64,000 bases of DNA, from NCBI GenBank assembly GCA_951406725.2, contig OX597821.1, positions 62,620,001-62,684,000 on the forward strand, read 5' to 3'. This DNA is from Octopus vulgaris (taxonomy: Eukaryota). Positions 14,636 to 27,164 of the stretch are shown piece after piece. A model generated the notes under the pieces. That model saw nothing but the letters and a program-made list of their open reading frames with translations, was not told where the DNA came from and did no database searches. Each line of letters opens with the position of its first letter. The stretch's first letter is position 1. The translations under genes and the position numbers were made by a program.

Positions 14636-14931
14636 TGAATATATTTGTCACTTAAATGTGGCTAACCCTTAAGGGTGGACTCTACTGTGGCTTGTAGCGC
14701 CAGGATAACGTCTCCTCCAGCTGGCTATCAACACACTTTCTGTACTCTATCATTATTTGCAAAGGGAAGCCATCCTTCCTATCTTCAAATACTACATTTG
14801 CAAATACTGATAGAGCAAAGAAAGTGTGTCAATAGCTAGCCTGAATAGGTGTCTTCCTGGGGCTACAAGCTACACTAACATCCACCCTTAAGGGTTAGTC
14901 ACATTTAAGTTGCAAATATACTTCACGATAT
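14630..14931. repeat. ~300-bp imperfect inverted repeat (foldback/MITE-like)
   Basis: Arms ~14630-14763 and ~14797-14931 are about 80% complementary (atatcgtgaa...cttaaatgtggctaacccttaagggtgga / tccacccttaagggttagtcacatttaag...ttcacgatat), with a ~33-nt spacer. Confidence 0.9.
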
Positions 14932-15017
14932 CGTGCAGCTACTGTTTTTACCTCGGTCATAGATTTATTATATGTATATATATATATACAATAATATGTT
15001 ACATTACTCGGTAGTCA

Positions 15018-15080
15018 AGATAAAACTCTGAGTTTCAGATGCCGAAGTGGAAATCCACAACACCATCTCTTCGGTTATCT
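15018..15080 (-). ncRNA. Hammerhead-like motif (left arm of palindrome)
   Basis: agauaa CCGAAGA gaug guguuguggauuuccacuucgg cauc u GAAAC ucaga GUU uuaucu. U4->C core variant. Confidence 0.6.
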
Positions 15081-15088
15081 GGCTAGCC

Positions 15089-15144
15089 AGATAACCGAAG
15101 AGATGGTGTTTCCACTTCGGCATCTGAAACTCAGAGTTTTATCT
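15089..15144 (+). ncRNA. Hammerhead-like motif (right arm of palindrome)
   Basis: agataa CCGAAGA gatg...catc t GAAAC tcaga GTT ttatct. 6-bp stem I agataa/ttatct; 7-nt deletion in the stem II loop. Confidence 0.6.
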
Positions 15145-15943
15145 TGACTACCGAGTAATGTAACATATTATTGTATAGATAAATTTCCTCTATTTACATA
15201 ATATTGAGGTCTCTTTCTTTCTTTTGTTATCTTACCGTTTTATCAATATATATATATATATTTATATTGACACACGCATATATGCATATACACATGCATA
15301 TGTATATATACATATATACCAACATATATAATCTCACACATGTATATACACATACACGCGCATGGATGCGTTGTATATTTCAAGAGGTAACATATTAAGA
15401 GTCATGAACTCAACAAATATACACAGAGAGCAATGGGAAAGAAGTGTGCTTAAAAACGAAGCGTCATTCATGGAAAGTAGAAAGTCTTCCGAACAGAGAT
15501 CACACACAAACAGAGGACGGAGGGGAAAACAAGATTAAAGAAAAACGCATGAAATAAACGTTAAAATATAGACATATGTTTCATCAGATAGCTAAACACA
15601 CTTAATATGTAGTGTGTGCTTAAGAGTAGTCTGTAGTCTAGTTAGGGCTTCAATTTTAAATATGATGGTCGTAGAATAACTTACAGAATGAGAGAATTTA
15701 ATACATTTTAACATTAAAAAAAAAATTCTAACTGTATATTAAGTAAGACCAATGCACCACTCATGATTTAAGTGAATTAAATATACGGTATTTCGAACAT
15801 TAAATATGTGTATGTGTGTGTGCGCTTGTGTGTGGTGTGTGTGAATGTGTGTGCCTGGAGTGCATTTAACAAAACATGGATTGAATATACACACACGCAT
15901 ACACACACCTATACATATACATATACATATGTATATATATATA

Positions 15944-16044
<101 letters not shown>

Positions 16045-16102
16045 TAAACTACACAAATGCGCAAACAACATAATACAATATGTATATGAACGTTGTATAT
16101 AA

Positions 16103-16300
16103 TCTTTTCTAATTTAGGCACAAGTGCTGAAAATCGGGGAGAGAGCCAAATCGATCACGAAGTCAACTCCTGTGCTTGACTTGTACTTATTTTAATCAGC
16201 TCAAAAGGATGAAATGCAAACTCGACCCCAGTGGCATTTAAACTCAGGAGGTGAATTCGTAAGAAATGTTGCACCAACAATTCTGCCGGTCCACGACCTT
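16103..16300 (-). mobile_element. SINE family B, diverged
   Basis: aggcacaag...gtacttattttaatcagctcaaaaggatgaaatgcaaactcgacccc...aactcag. Confidence 0.7.
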
Positions 16301-16382
16301 AAAATTTGTGTGTAATACAATTTGAGATATGTACAGAGCACAGAAACTATATTCTTTTCTACTCTAGGCACAAAGCCTGGAA

Positions 16383-16452
<70 letters not shown>

Positions 16453-16702
16453 TTCTATTATAAGGATTTAAATTTTTCGAAAAACTTTTTACCAGTGGCC
16501 AGCATATTAAATAACTTTCAAGGTGGAAATATAAACAATTACAAATAAGGGGAAAGACTAAAAAAATGTTTGCTAATACGCTGAAAAAAAAAAAAGGCAT
16601 TTGATCATCTAAACACATATAATATTTTACACTATAAATATTAGTGCCTCGAAGAAGAGTTAATACTACTTTCAATATATGTATATACATATCTTTCACA
16701 TA

Positions 16703-16812
16703 TGTCGACCAGAAATTGGCCCAGGCTATGTCTAACTTAATAGCACCACCTGATCGGATTTCCTAAATCCTTTTAAAGTCAAGTTTTGTGGTATCATAAC
16801 GCATTCAAGTAG
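16703..16812. repeat. Unclassified interspersed repeat (second copy at ~62540-62647)
   Basis: Shared ccaggc(t/c)atgtctaacttaatagcaccacc...ggatt..ctaaatcctttt.aagtc.agttttgt...cattcaagtag. Confidence 0.85.
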
Positions 16813-16821
16813 GAAATTATC

Positions 16822-17017
16822 TTTACTTGTTTCAGTCATTTGACTGTGGCCATGCAGGAACACCGCCTTTAGTCGAGCAAATCGACCCCATGACTTATTC
16901 TTTGTAAGCCTAGTACTTATTCTATCGGTTTCTTTTGCCGAACCGCTAAGTTACGGGGACGTAAACACACTAGCATCGGATGTCAAGCGATGTTGGGGGA
17001 CAAACACAAACACACAC

Positions 17018-17054
<37 letters not shown>

Positions 17055-17210
17055 CGACGTGCGTCTTTCAGTTTCCGTCTACGAAATCCACTCACAAAGC
17101 TTTGGTCGGTTCGAGGCTATAGTAGAAGACACTTGCCCAAGGAGCTACGCAGTAGGACTGAACCCGGAACCATGTGGTTTGTAAGCAAGATACTTACCAC
17201 ACAGCCACTC
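16822..17210 (-). mobile_element. SINE family A, near full length
   Basis: tttacttgtttcagtcatttgactgtggccatgc...(CA)n(TA)n...acacttgcccaagg...cttaccacacagccactc. Confidence 0.95.
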
Positions 17211-17520
17211 TTTAATTATTTATTTATATAAAAATATTTATATGTGTGTATATATGCATGTATGAATGAATATATATATATACATGTGTGTGAGAGGTAC
17301 ATGCAAACATACAGAGAATAAGAACGCAAGAGGGGAAACCGACACGGTTGATTTCATAAAGGAAATTTTTTTACTGTGGACAGGATGCTGGAGTATAATG
17401 TATATACACCCATATCATTCTTCATAGATAAACGCACACTATTCATTACGTGTTTCACACACAAAAATTGCGCATAGTATTCACATACGCAGTTACGCAC
17501 ACACACAGATACACGCACAC

Positions 17521-17590
17521 GCGCAGATGCATACATCCACGCTGTCATAAACGTAGCGCAGATGCATACATCCACGCTGTCATAAACGTA
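17521..17590. repeat. Perfect 35-bp tandem duplication
   Basis: gcgcagatgcatacatccacgctgtcataaacgta x2. Confidence 0.95.
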
Positions 17591-18068
17591 GTTCGGCATA
17601 TCTGGGTGTCTGTGTATGTGTGTGTGTTTGCGTGTGTGTGTGTGTGTGTGTGTGTATGCAAGTGCTTGTGTTTGCGCATTCTATTATACATGCGAGTGTG
17701 CTAGCGCATGTGAATGCAAAAGGATGCGTTCCTTCCGCAACAGGAAACAGCTTGGTGGGGATGTATCACGAAACGCCAGCAGGGATTGTGTAGGAATACT
17801 ATGAGTAACAGCATTCATCGTACAAATAATAATGCTAAGAAGGAAAATGAGAGAATGAATTCAACACTAAAACTGGTTATAAAAAATTGATGAGCAATTA
17901 CTTAGCAGGCAATCCGTATACTCTGGGAAAATGACCTTTTCTCTCAAATGCAACTAATACATTTAGATTAACTCCCGCAACTGATATTTACCGAATTCGG
18001 ACAATTTTAGTTCAAGGTTAGTTTCATTGTGTAGTGTAAATACTCTTCGCTGTATTTGTCTGTCTGTC

Positions 18069-18171
18069 TATGTATGTATGTATGTATGTATGTATGTATG
18101 TATGTATGTATGTATGTATGTATGTATGTATGTATGTATGTATGTATGTATGTATGTATGTATGTATGTAT

Positions 18172-18229
<58 letters not shown>
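18069..18229. repeat. (TATG)n(TATC)n microsatellite
   Basis: Direct inspection. Confidence 0.97.
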
Positions 18230-18231
<2 letters not shown>

Positions 18232-18400
18232 GTGTCTGCCTGACTGTCTCTCTAACTATCTATCTATATTTAGGTCTGTCTACCTTTCTATTTATCTATC
18301 TATATATATATGTCCATCTTTCTATCTATCTATATATCTGTCTGTCTATCTAACTACCTATCCATCTTTCTACATATATTTATCTTTTATCTCCCAGATT

Positions 18401-18758
18401 CTTACTTGCTTTAACGATTTGACTGCAGCTATGGTGAGGCACCGCGTTGAAAGGTTTTGATCGAACAAATTGACCCCGGGAGTTTCTTTTTTCTGCTTTC
18501 TTCTTAATTTATCGATCACTTTTGCAGAAGCGCTAAGTTACAGAGACGTAAACGCACAAACACCGGTTGTCTATCTGTAGTGGGAGATAAACACAGTCAC
18601 ACAGACACACGATCGTTTTGCAGTTTCCGTTCACCAAATTCACACACGAGTCTTCGGTCGCCACGAGGCTGGAGTAGGAGACACTTGCCCATGCTGTCAC
18701 GCAGTGCCACTTAACTAGAAAGCATGTGGTTGTGAAACAGATTTCTTACAACACACCG
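18401..18758 (-). mobile_element. SINE family A, older diverged copy
   Basis: cttacttgct...cgctaagttacagagacgtaaac...cagtttccgttcaccaaattcacac...acacttgccca. Confidence 0.85.
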
Positions 18759-18988
18759 TGGCTCTCTATATATGTATGTATGCATGTATGTATGTATTTG
18801 TGTATGTATGTCATTATTCAATTTATTTCGCCTATAGACGAGTCGAACCAATTGGAATTTCAACATCTACAACAGGTTATTTTTGTATGTATGTATGTAT
18901 GTATATATATTGTATGTATGTATGTATGTATGTATGTATGTATGTATGTATGTATGTATGTATGTATGCTTGTATATATGAATATGTT

Positions 18989-19290
18989 GAGGCGCAATGG
19001 CCCAGTGGTTAGGGCAGCGGATTTGCGGTCGGAGGATCGCGGTTTCGATTCCCAGGTTTTGTGTGTGTTTATTGAGCGAAAACAGCTAAATGCTCCACGA
19101 TGCTCCGGCAGGGGGCGTAGCAACCCCTGTTGTACTCTTTCGCCCCAACTTTCTCTCACTCTCTCTTCCTGTTTCTTGGGTAACGCTGTGATGGACTGGC
19201 GTCCCGTCCAGCGGTGAGGGAGACACATACGCCACAGAAACCAGGAATACGGGCCCATGAGCCTGGCTAGGATTGAAAAGGGCGAATGAA
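18989..19290 (+). mobile_element. tRNA-headed SINE family C (V-domain-like)
   Basis: A-box tggcccagtgg, B-box ggtttcgattccc; gtgatggactggcgtcccgtccag resembles the V-SINE domain; homologous to 54110. Confidence 0.9.
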
Positions 19291-19514
19291 AAATGTATGT
19301 ATGTATGTATGTGTGTGTGTGTGTATGTGTGTATGTATGCGTGTATGTGTGTATGTATGTATTGTGTATTTATGTATGTGTTTGCATATTTGTATGTATG
19401 TATGGATGGGGATTTCGAATAGACACAGCGATACTAATAAAGAATTGATAGAAGTCATCAATGTTTTGAAGCAAAGCGCTGGCATATTCAGCGCGTAAAA
19501 TTAATTAACTAATG

Positions 19515-19697
19515 AGAGCAACAGAATGGCTGAAACGGTTCTTCTGGATTTTACGTTCAGAGTTCAAATCCGTCGAGGTCGCCTTTGCATTTCATCCTTG
19601 CGCGGTCAATGAAATATATCCAAGTTGAACTATGGGTTTCATGTAGTTGACTTCACCCCTCTTCCGAAATTTCTGACGTTGAGTCAAAATTTGAAAC
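19515..19697 (+). mobile_element. SINE family B, diverged
   Basis: ttacgttcagagttcaaatccgtcgaggtcgcctttgcatttcatccttgcgcggtcaatgaaat. Confidence 0.8.
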
Positions 19698-19806
19698 ACA
19701 TATAAATTAATGAATGACAAGGGAAAATTTTAATGTCTGCCAGGAAGATGTGGAATGTTGCACAAGCTCTCAGCTTATGTTCACAATACATACAAACACA
19801 TATGTA

Positions 19807-20188
19807 TCTCTCTATATATAAACGGCAGTTTGTATGTCTGCGTGTCTGTGTGTCTGTTAGGTTGTACCCTCACTCTCACCACGGCTTTCAACCGATTCTG
19901 ACGAAACTTGACACACACATAGCCCAATGTCATAATTCAATACTAACGCAGCGAAAATTTGAAAAGTTCCCCCAGTTCTGAAAAAATCGATAAATTAAAC
20001 ATGGGGTCGAGAATCAGAAACACAAACCTCAGACTGTCTAGGGAACACAACTCGACCTTTTTAACTCTCAAAAAAATTTACCATCATTTTTTTCCCCATT
20101 TTTATGCTATTTTTTGGCTATAACTCTCTAAAAATGCTGTATAGTTATTTCCCTTACAAACCCGAGCAACGCCGGGCGATACTGCTAG
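19807..20188 (+). mobile_element. Non-autonomous Helitron (382 bp)
   Basis: 5' TC after A (a|tctctctatatataaacgg), internal (tgtc)-like repeat, 3' hairpin cccgagcaacgccggg, then CTAG followed by T; no TSD. Confidence 0.85.
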
Positions 20189-20363
20189 TGTACATATATA
20201 AATATATATATATATACATATATGTGTTTGTATGTATATTCATACAGATATATATATATATATATATGCATATATATTTATAGGTAAATATATATAAATA
20301 CACATACATAAATACATATACATACATATATATATATGTGTGTGTGTGTATGTGTAAGTATAC

Positions 20364-20416
<53 letters not shown>

Positions 20417-21143
20417 AACACATAAATATAGTTAATGCTAGGGACGTTAACTTGCATACATTCCTTATTGTATGTTTCTTTATGAGGGCATATATTTCTG
20501 TATGGTAGTATGCATATGTGTACGTGTTTCTCTGTGATCGCGTATGTAATAGTGAGTTATATAACTATAGCTATTACCTGCCTAGCTACGAATACATTCT
20601 ACTTAGTATGTAGCGACTACTCCTAGCTTAAGCAACTATACGAAAAAGCAACTTATTGTTACACATTTTCATAAAACTTACATTGAATGATATTACATTC
20701 GTAATCGCTTTTCATTTAGTTTTATCTTTTTCGGTGCAGGACATGATTTTTGCGAGAGAAAGTGTGTACATTCTCCTGTGCGTACGCATGTATTGCGTGA
20801 CTTTATAGAGTATGTATGCATAAGTTTGGCACTAAAACAGTTTGCTGCGGACAGATAATTACAAAGTCGATAACAGCTAACTTGTATATTATTTCATCGA
20901 TCTCACAAAGAAACAACTGTCAATTTTCATGGGATTTGAACTGAAAATGCAACGTGTTCGAAAATATTTCACAAGGCTGCCAGCTACCTTGACAGTGCGC
21001 CCTAAAGATGCTGTGATGGGTCAAGCGACTTATGTAGATAATCAAGTAGTCAAAGATATTTTGTTTCTTTTTATTGCACGTTATTCTCGGCCAAAATACT
21101 TTCGCATGACATGATAATAATCGTGTGAATAAACGAATATATA

Positions 21144-21356
21144 CTGACTTCAAATTTTACCACAAAGCCAGCAACTTCGAGGAGGGAGAATCTATTACAT
21201 CAATCCTCGAGTTCAAATAGTACTTATTTTATCGATCCCAAAAGGCCAAAAGGCAAAGTTGGCCTCGGCGGAAATTGAACTCAGAATATGAAGACAGATG
21301 AGATGCCGCTAAGCATTTTGCTCGGCACGTTGACAATTCTCCCAATTTGCCACATT
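21144..21356 (-). mobile_element. SINE family B with TSD
   Basis: Homology to 54623; flanked by aata(a/c)acgaatatata at ~21128 and ~21357. Confidence 0.88.
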
Positions 21357-23366
21357 AATACACGAATATATATTAATATTTCAATTTTTTTGTCAAATAT
21401 AACGAGTTGACATTTTCTTGAGTATCAGTTGTTTAATGTGTGAACGTAGCAAGCTGTCCTATACATTAACACCTTAATATTCATATAACTTAAGTGTTCC
21501 TGAATAATGTATTAATAATTGATGTTAATAGTATCAAGAAAATACAGCACAATATAAGAAAATACAAGCTGCTATGAAATCGAGCGATATGTGATGATAT
21601 TCTTCTGAGATAGAAGCTTCTAATATATGAATGCAGCATGTAATTTTCTGTCGTGTTCTAATTCCTAATTTCGAAGCTGTTATAAAAAGTTGTCCAGTCA
21701 TCCGTCTGGGGGAGAGAGAAAAAAAGACCATGCATAAAGTTGAGTTATAACTGAACTTATACTATCGCCACTTATATTGTTATGTCACCGTTGCTAGGCA
21801 GCTTTTAAAAATTCCGTGTGGCTAATAAACAATTTCTTTCAAATAAACACAGACTCGATATTTCTTAGCTTGTCTTTGTAAATAGACCATGCGTTGCCTT
21901 TCTGATCTACCTAGTTGCGTATCGGCTGCAATCATAGTTACCCAGCGTGCATTATCAAACCAGCTACGTTTAGTTTTCCTTACACACATCAACCAACAAA
22001 ATATTGCAATAAACTACGTCCATTGATTTCATTAATCTGGCTGCTAGGATCAAACTGACGGTCTGCTTTCTGAATAATTAAAAAAAATTAAGCTCTATAA
22101 ATATATAGTTGTTTTTTTTATATAGTCGAATATGCTATTGCTTATAGAAGTAATGTGCTAGGTCGGAAAAAGAGTGTGGATAATTGATATGAAGCGTGAT
22201 TGAGAATAAGAGCTGTTCCTACATAGGAAAACAATTATTTATATATTACTCTTCCTAAATACAAAACGTTAAGTTTTCTGAAGAACCAAGGCATTATATT
22301 TCACGCTTAGAGTACTTCTTTCTGCGGAGAAAAAAAATTTCAGTGCGTCAAAATTACAACACAGTTTGCTATCCCGATTGATAGATACATACCCACATAT
22401 GTAGTTATTACCCTTAAAAAGAACGTATACGACAAAACTCCCTAAAATAATTTTCCCCTTAAGCGCTATGTAAATTTGTAATCTACCGTGTCATGTAGGG
22501 CACGTTGTGAATGTCAAAGCATGCAAATGCATATCTTCACAAAACAAATAGTGTTTATGTGTCTCAGCACAAAAGATACTGTCCTACGTTTGTTATTAGT
22601 TATCCACAATATTTTTCCGGCCTACGCCTGCTTGTATAAAAATATCACTTCATACATTGTCGTATAATATGGTAAAGTCTTTGCAACACTCTCACCAATC
22701 CACAATATATAGATCATACTGTCTTTCTACGAAGAAATTAATTATAAAGAAGACTTTTGACATTCTATTCTGCGATTTGGAACTGACAGAATGAATAGTA
22801 GTTTATAACTTTCCAGAAGGATAGGAAGAGAAGACTAATCTAATGCATATGTCTCATATGATATAAAGGCTGTGTACGCAACACTGAAACTATTATTTTA
22901 TAAATGAATACGTTTTATCAAAAGGACATTTCTTTCCACCCATTCTCTTCCTTGTGATTATGAAATTACTTAAGCGTTCCGTCTGCATTTTTTTTTTATA
23001 ATCTCAACTCTTAGATCATTTTTACAATCAGACGACAGTTATTCTTTTGCCTTTCATATTTTTTTCGTGATATGGAATAGTTTGATCTCTCCTATAGGCT
23101 GTTGATTTAGTTAGCTGTTATGGCAATAACTATAGAATTAATGTGTTCATTCTACTTCAAATATTTCAGATAAGGATTTGTATTAGAATAAAATAGCATT
23201 ATTCTAGTAGTGACTTCCTTTGTCGCAAATATAAAAGTTGTTTGATTTTGCTTTACGTTCAGCAATTTCGCGAAACATACAAATACATACATGCGCACAT
23301 ACATAAATACAGGGAGACAGACATACATGCAAACATGCATATATACGCACGCACACATATCTTGTT

Positions 23367-23413
<47 letters not shown>

Positions 23414-23447
23414 GTGTGTATTTATACATATTTATAATATATATATT

Positions 23448-23529
<82 letters not shown>

Positions 23530-24054
23530 TATGTATGTACCTACGTATCAAACTAAGCCTCCCACTACGCGCACACCCACATATATATATATATATGCGT
23601 GTGTGCCTGTATGTATATGTATATATAAAACAAATATAGATTTATATCACATACCGTTAACTTCTTTTGTTTAAATTCGGACATCCAAAGACTCACTGGT
23701 CTATAGCCACTTCATATATTTTTGTGATCGATATCTTTTGTCGGTTCATTATATTTTTATTAGCTTTTAGTTGGCTGCCTTTCAGATTAAGTAGAAATAT
23801 TATAAAGTTTCAGCTTTCATAAAGTCAAATATTTTCAGCTAGCTCCTCTTGTATCATTGAGGCATGCCTAATATATTTATACATGCAATGAATTCTTTGG
23901 GTCAGTAGATATGAAAGCAGGATATTTTAGAGGCTTTTTTTCAGTTCAAAATGATTCCCACAACATTCTAGTTCATATCCTATCAGCAAACACATAACAA
24001 TATATACATACACTGACATGCACACATACATACATACATACATACATACATACA

Positions 24055-24086
<32 letters not shown>

Positions 24087-24218
24087 CACACCCGTACACC
24101 AACACACACACCCAACAAACACATATATAAATGTATGTATATATAGATATATATATATTTATACATACATTTATATATACATATACATATAGACCTATAT
24201 ATACACACACACGCACGC

Positions 24219-24219
<1 letters not shown>

Positions 24220-24259
<40 letters not shown>

Positions 24260-24260
24260 T

Positions 24261-24298
<38 letters not shown>
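24220..24298. repeat. (GATA)n microsatellite
   Basis: Direct inspection. Confidence 0.97.
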
Positions 24299-24299
<1 letters not shown>

Positions 24300-26299
24300 T
24301 ACTCCTATACTAACATAATTTCAATACTTCTTTGCACTAATATTAAATTAGTCACGAGTTCTAAAAACACGCGAGAATATTAAAGGATAAAGTCTTGAAC
24401 CAAGTTTATATTAAAGAAGCTAACTATTCAATAACCGCATGAACCACAAATTCACTTTGCTAAGACATAATTATATCTATGAATATTAAATTTACATATA
24501 CGAGTTATCTGTGTGAATTAGCGATTATCACTGCTAAAATGCTGGAATATATGTATGTAGCCACGCTGGAAAGATAATATAATTCTCAGAATTTTTGTTG
24601 GGTCGACTCGTTATCTGATGCAGCAAGATATGAGTTGCTACAAAAGATGGCAGTGAGGTGAGTGAAAGTCACCTGCTTGATAACGAACAAAGCATACAGT
24701 AAAATGTTTGGTTAGAAAGAATGCATTTGTGAGGTAATAGGTATTAATTCAAAATACCATATCATAAGCACTGAATCTGTTGAAGAAATATAAAATTTCG
24801 AACAGTATTAATTGAGCCGATTATGAGTTTCATGCATCATCAAATTAAACATGTTAACGCCTAATTTATTGCATATATTTCATGTAGCAGGCTCTTTTCA
24901 TACATTCACTTAAATCATTAGGCCAATATCCATAACATCCTCATATTCTCTGTGGCCATTCGACGATCTGACAGCAGGGCCAGTCTCTGCTTCGAGGACT
25001 AGGTCTATCAGCAACGAAATACATGTCAACAGTGCAAAATGTCATAATTATCATCCATTACAACATATATTTAATTAAGTTTCATGAAAACACCCGCTTC
25101 TTTTTTCTTTTGCGTTACTTGTCTAGATTAGTATAAATGTTGTCTTATAGGGGTAATTTTAATCCATAACTTTTCTCCTCATTGCGCAAAAGTAACTTAG
25201 CACTGTCATTGCTACTATTACCTTGCAATATTCTCTTCTTTAATATTATTAATAACTATTGTAAAGTGTTTCTGCTCGTTGACCTGTGTGTAATTACTTG
25301 TGTAATGAGCATGATGGTATTCACAATTATTATCGTGTACAACTAACTGTTGGTTATATCCTACGATATTAACATTCTATTTTCTATATAGCTTTCTTAA
25401 TGACACAAAATACAAAATTCCTTGGATATACACATCTCCAAGGAGACATACCGTAATGTCTTGTTATGAATACATATTCTTATGAAAAAATTTTTGCTGG
25501 ACTTCAAGTAAAGGAAAACTCTAAACCATGATAGCTATAATTGAGTTAGCTTCATTTATTGCAGTGATAAGGGAACGATGAAAAACAAATACGAAGACTT
25601 TTCATGTCATAAGAGAATTCTTCCTAACAAGATGATATCAAATGTACCCTTTACATTTGTTTTGATAAGAGAATTACTATCTCAGGGTCCAATACATAAA
25701 ATACTATATATGTCAAAAAAGAGAGCGATTTATATTATTTGTTAAAAAGCTAGTATATTACCTATTATATTCTAAAAACAAAAATAGTTTAATGCCCCAT
25801 GACTATCGATATGTAAAGAGAAGAACCGTTGAGTACATATTGCATATTGAGTTAGCATTTTATATTATTACAAATATAGTTAAATATAACGGTCGACATT
25901 TTTCAATTTTGCTGACAATACATGAATAGTTTACCTGGGTTTTGTCTTTCTAATCGTTCTGAATAGAGGAATAGAAGGAATCCCAAATATTTAGTGTTTT
26001 CTCCTTTCTTTTACTTTTCGATATTGACAAAACTAATGCATCTATAATATTCCTGAAAGCACTCACCAGTGTAAATATTTTCAAATCAGTTTTTCATGGT
26101 TGCGGCAGCCCATATACACGATGGGTGAAATTAAACATTTTCATGTGGTTAAATATCCATTGGAATTTCATAACAAATATTCTTCTTCGTCCGTATCGGA
26201 ACGAGGGCCGCAACAAATATGAATCGTGGGTCCAAGTTATACGATTACATGTTATGATGATCACCATGAACAATTATGATAGTGCACCTATTTATGTAT

Positions 26300-26565
26300 C
26301 AACGGTCAACGTTGTTTATGGAATGTCAGCAGTCGCCCATGCATACCAGCCTCCCCTCTCCATACCACCAGTGTCATCCATGGAAAAGGCCGTTACAGCT
26401 TGGCACCAGTGATGTCGCAACTCATTTCTACAGCTGAGTTAACTGAAGCAACGTGAAATAAAGTATCTTGCTCAATAACACAACACGCAGCCCGGTCCGG
26501 GATTCGAACTTACAACCTCACGATCGTAGGCTCCACGCTCTAACCACTGAGCCATGCGCCTTCAC
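26300..26565 (-). mobile_element. tRNA-headed CORE-like SINE family D
   Basis: Minus head gtgaaggcgcatggctcagtggttagagcg...gttcgaatcccgg; core ttgagcaagatactttatttcacgttgc...ctcagctgtagaaatgagttg. The 3' boundary is uncertain and may extend to ~26182. Confidence 0.88.
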
Positions 26566-26864
26566 GCATAATTATCCATATATTTATATATTGGTATCTT
26601 TACTATCATGTATCAATACGCTAATCAGATGATCGAACTGAAAATAGATTCATATTGTACCTCATTCAATTTATATTAATAATAACATAGTTATATGAAT
26701 AACGCCTACTAATAATGGAGGAGAATTAGAGAGTATTGAAATATGTAGAGCAGAAATTAAAAAAAAAAATCATTTTAGACGGTCCTATTTTCTGAGGTTC
26801 TTAAGACCCAAGAAGCAGTTTATTTATTTGACATTCATTCTCTTATTCGTATATTTTTTTTACT

Positions 26865-27159
26865 AGTTTCAATCTAGAGCACCGCCTTTTGTCGAACAAC
26901 TTGATGCCAATATTTTTCTTTCTAAGCCTAATACGTCTTGTATCAGTGTCTTTTTCCGAACCGCTAAGTTACAGTGACGTAAACACACAAACTTCGGTGT
27001 CAAGCGATGGTGTTGGGATAAATACAGACACACAAATACAGACGCACACACTCACACACATACACACACATACAAACACACACACACACACATGCACATA
27101 CATACGACAGGCTTCTTTCAATTTCCGTCTACCAAATCCACTCATAAGGCTTTGGTCCG
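26865..27159 (-). mobile_element. SINE family A, 5'-truncated
   Basis: gagcaccgccttt...ccgaaccgctaagttac...(CA)n...ccgtctaccaaatccactcataaggctttggtc. Confidence 0.9.
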
Positions 27160-27164
27160 GTACA

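Larger units (their letters stand above)
14985..15177. mobile_element. Near-perfect 193-bp palindrome (inverted PLE-type terminal repeat)
   Basis: Arms 14985-15084 and 15085-15177 are exact reverse complements except for one 7-nt indel. No loop (centre ggct|agcc). Unique tail to ~15247, then (TA)n. Confidence 0.9.

Noticed and set aside
18989-19060. tRNA gene-like sequences at SINE heads (also 26490, 42420, 54110, 57020)
   Set aside because: They continue into SINE bodies and lack a proper acceptor stem; not tRNA genes
20929-21114. 61-aa non-repetitive ORF
   Set aside because: Length expected by chance; no homology recognised
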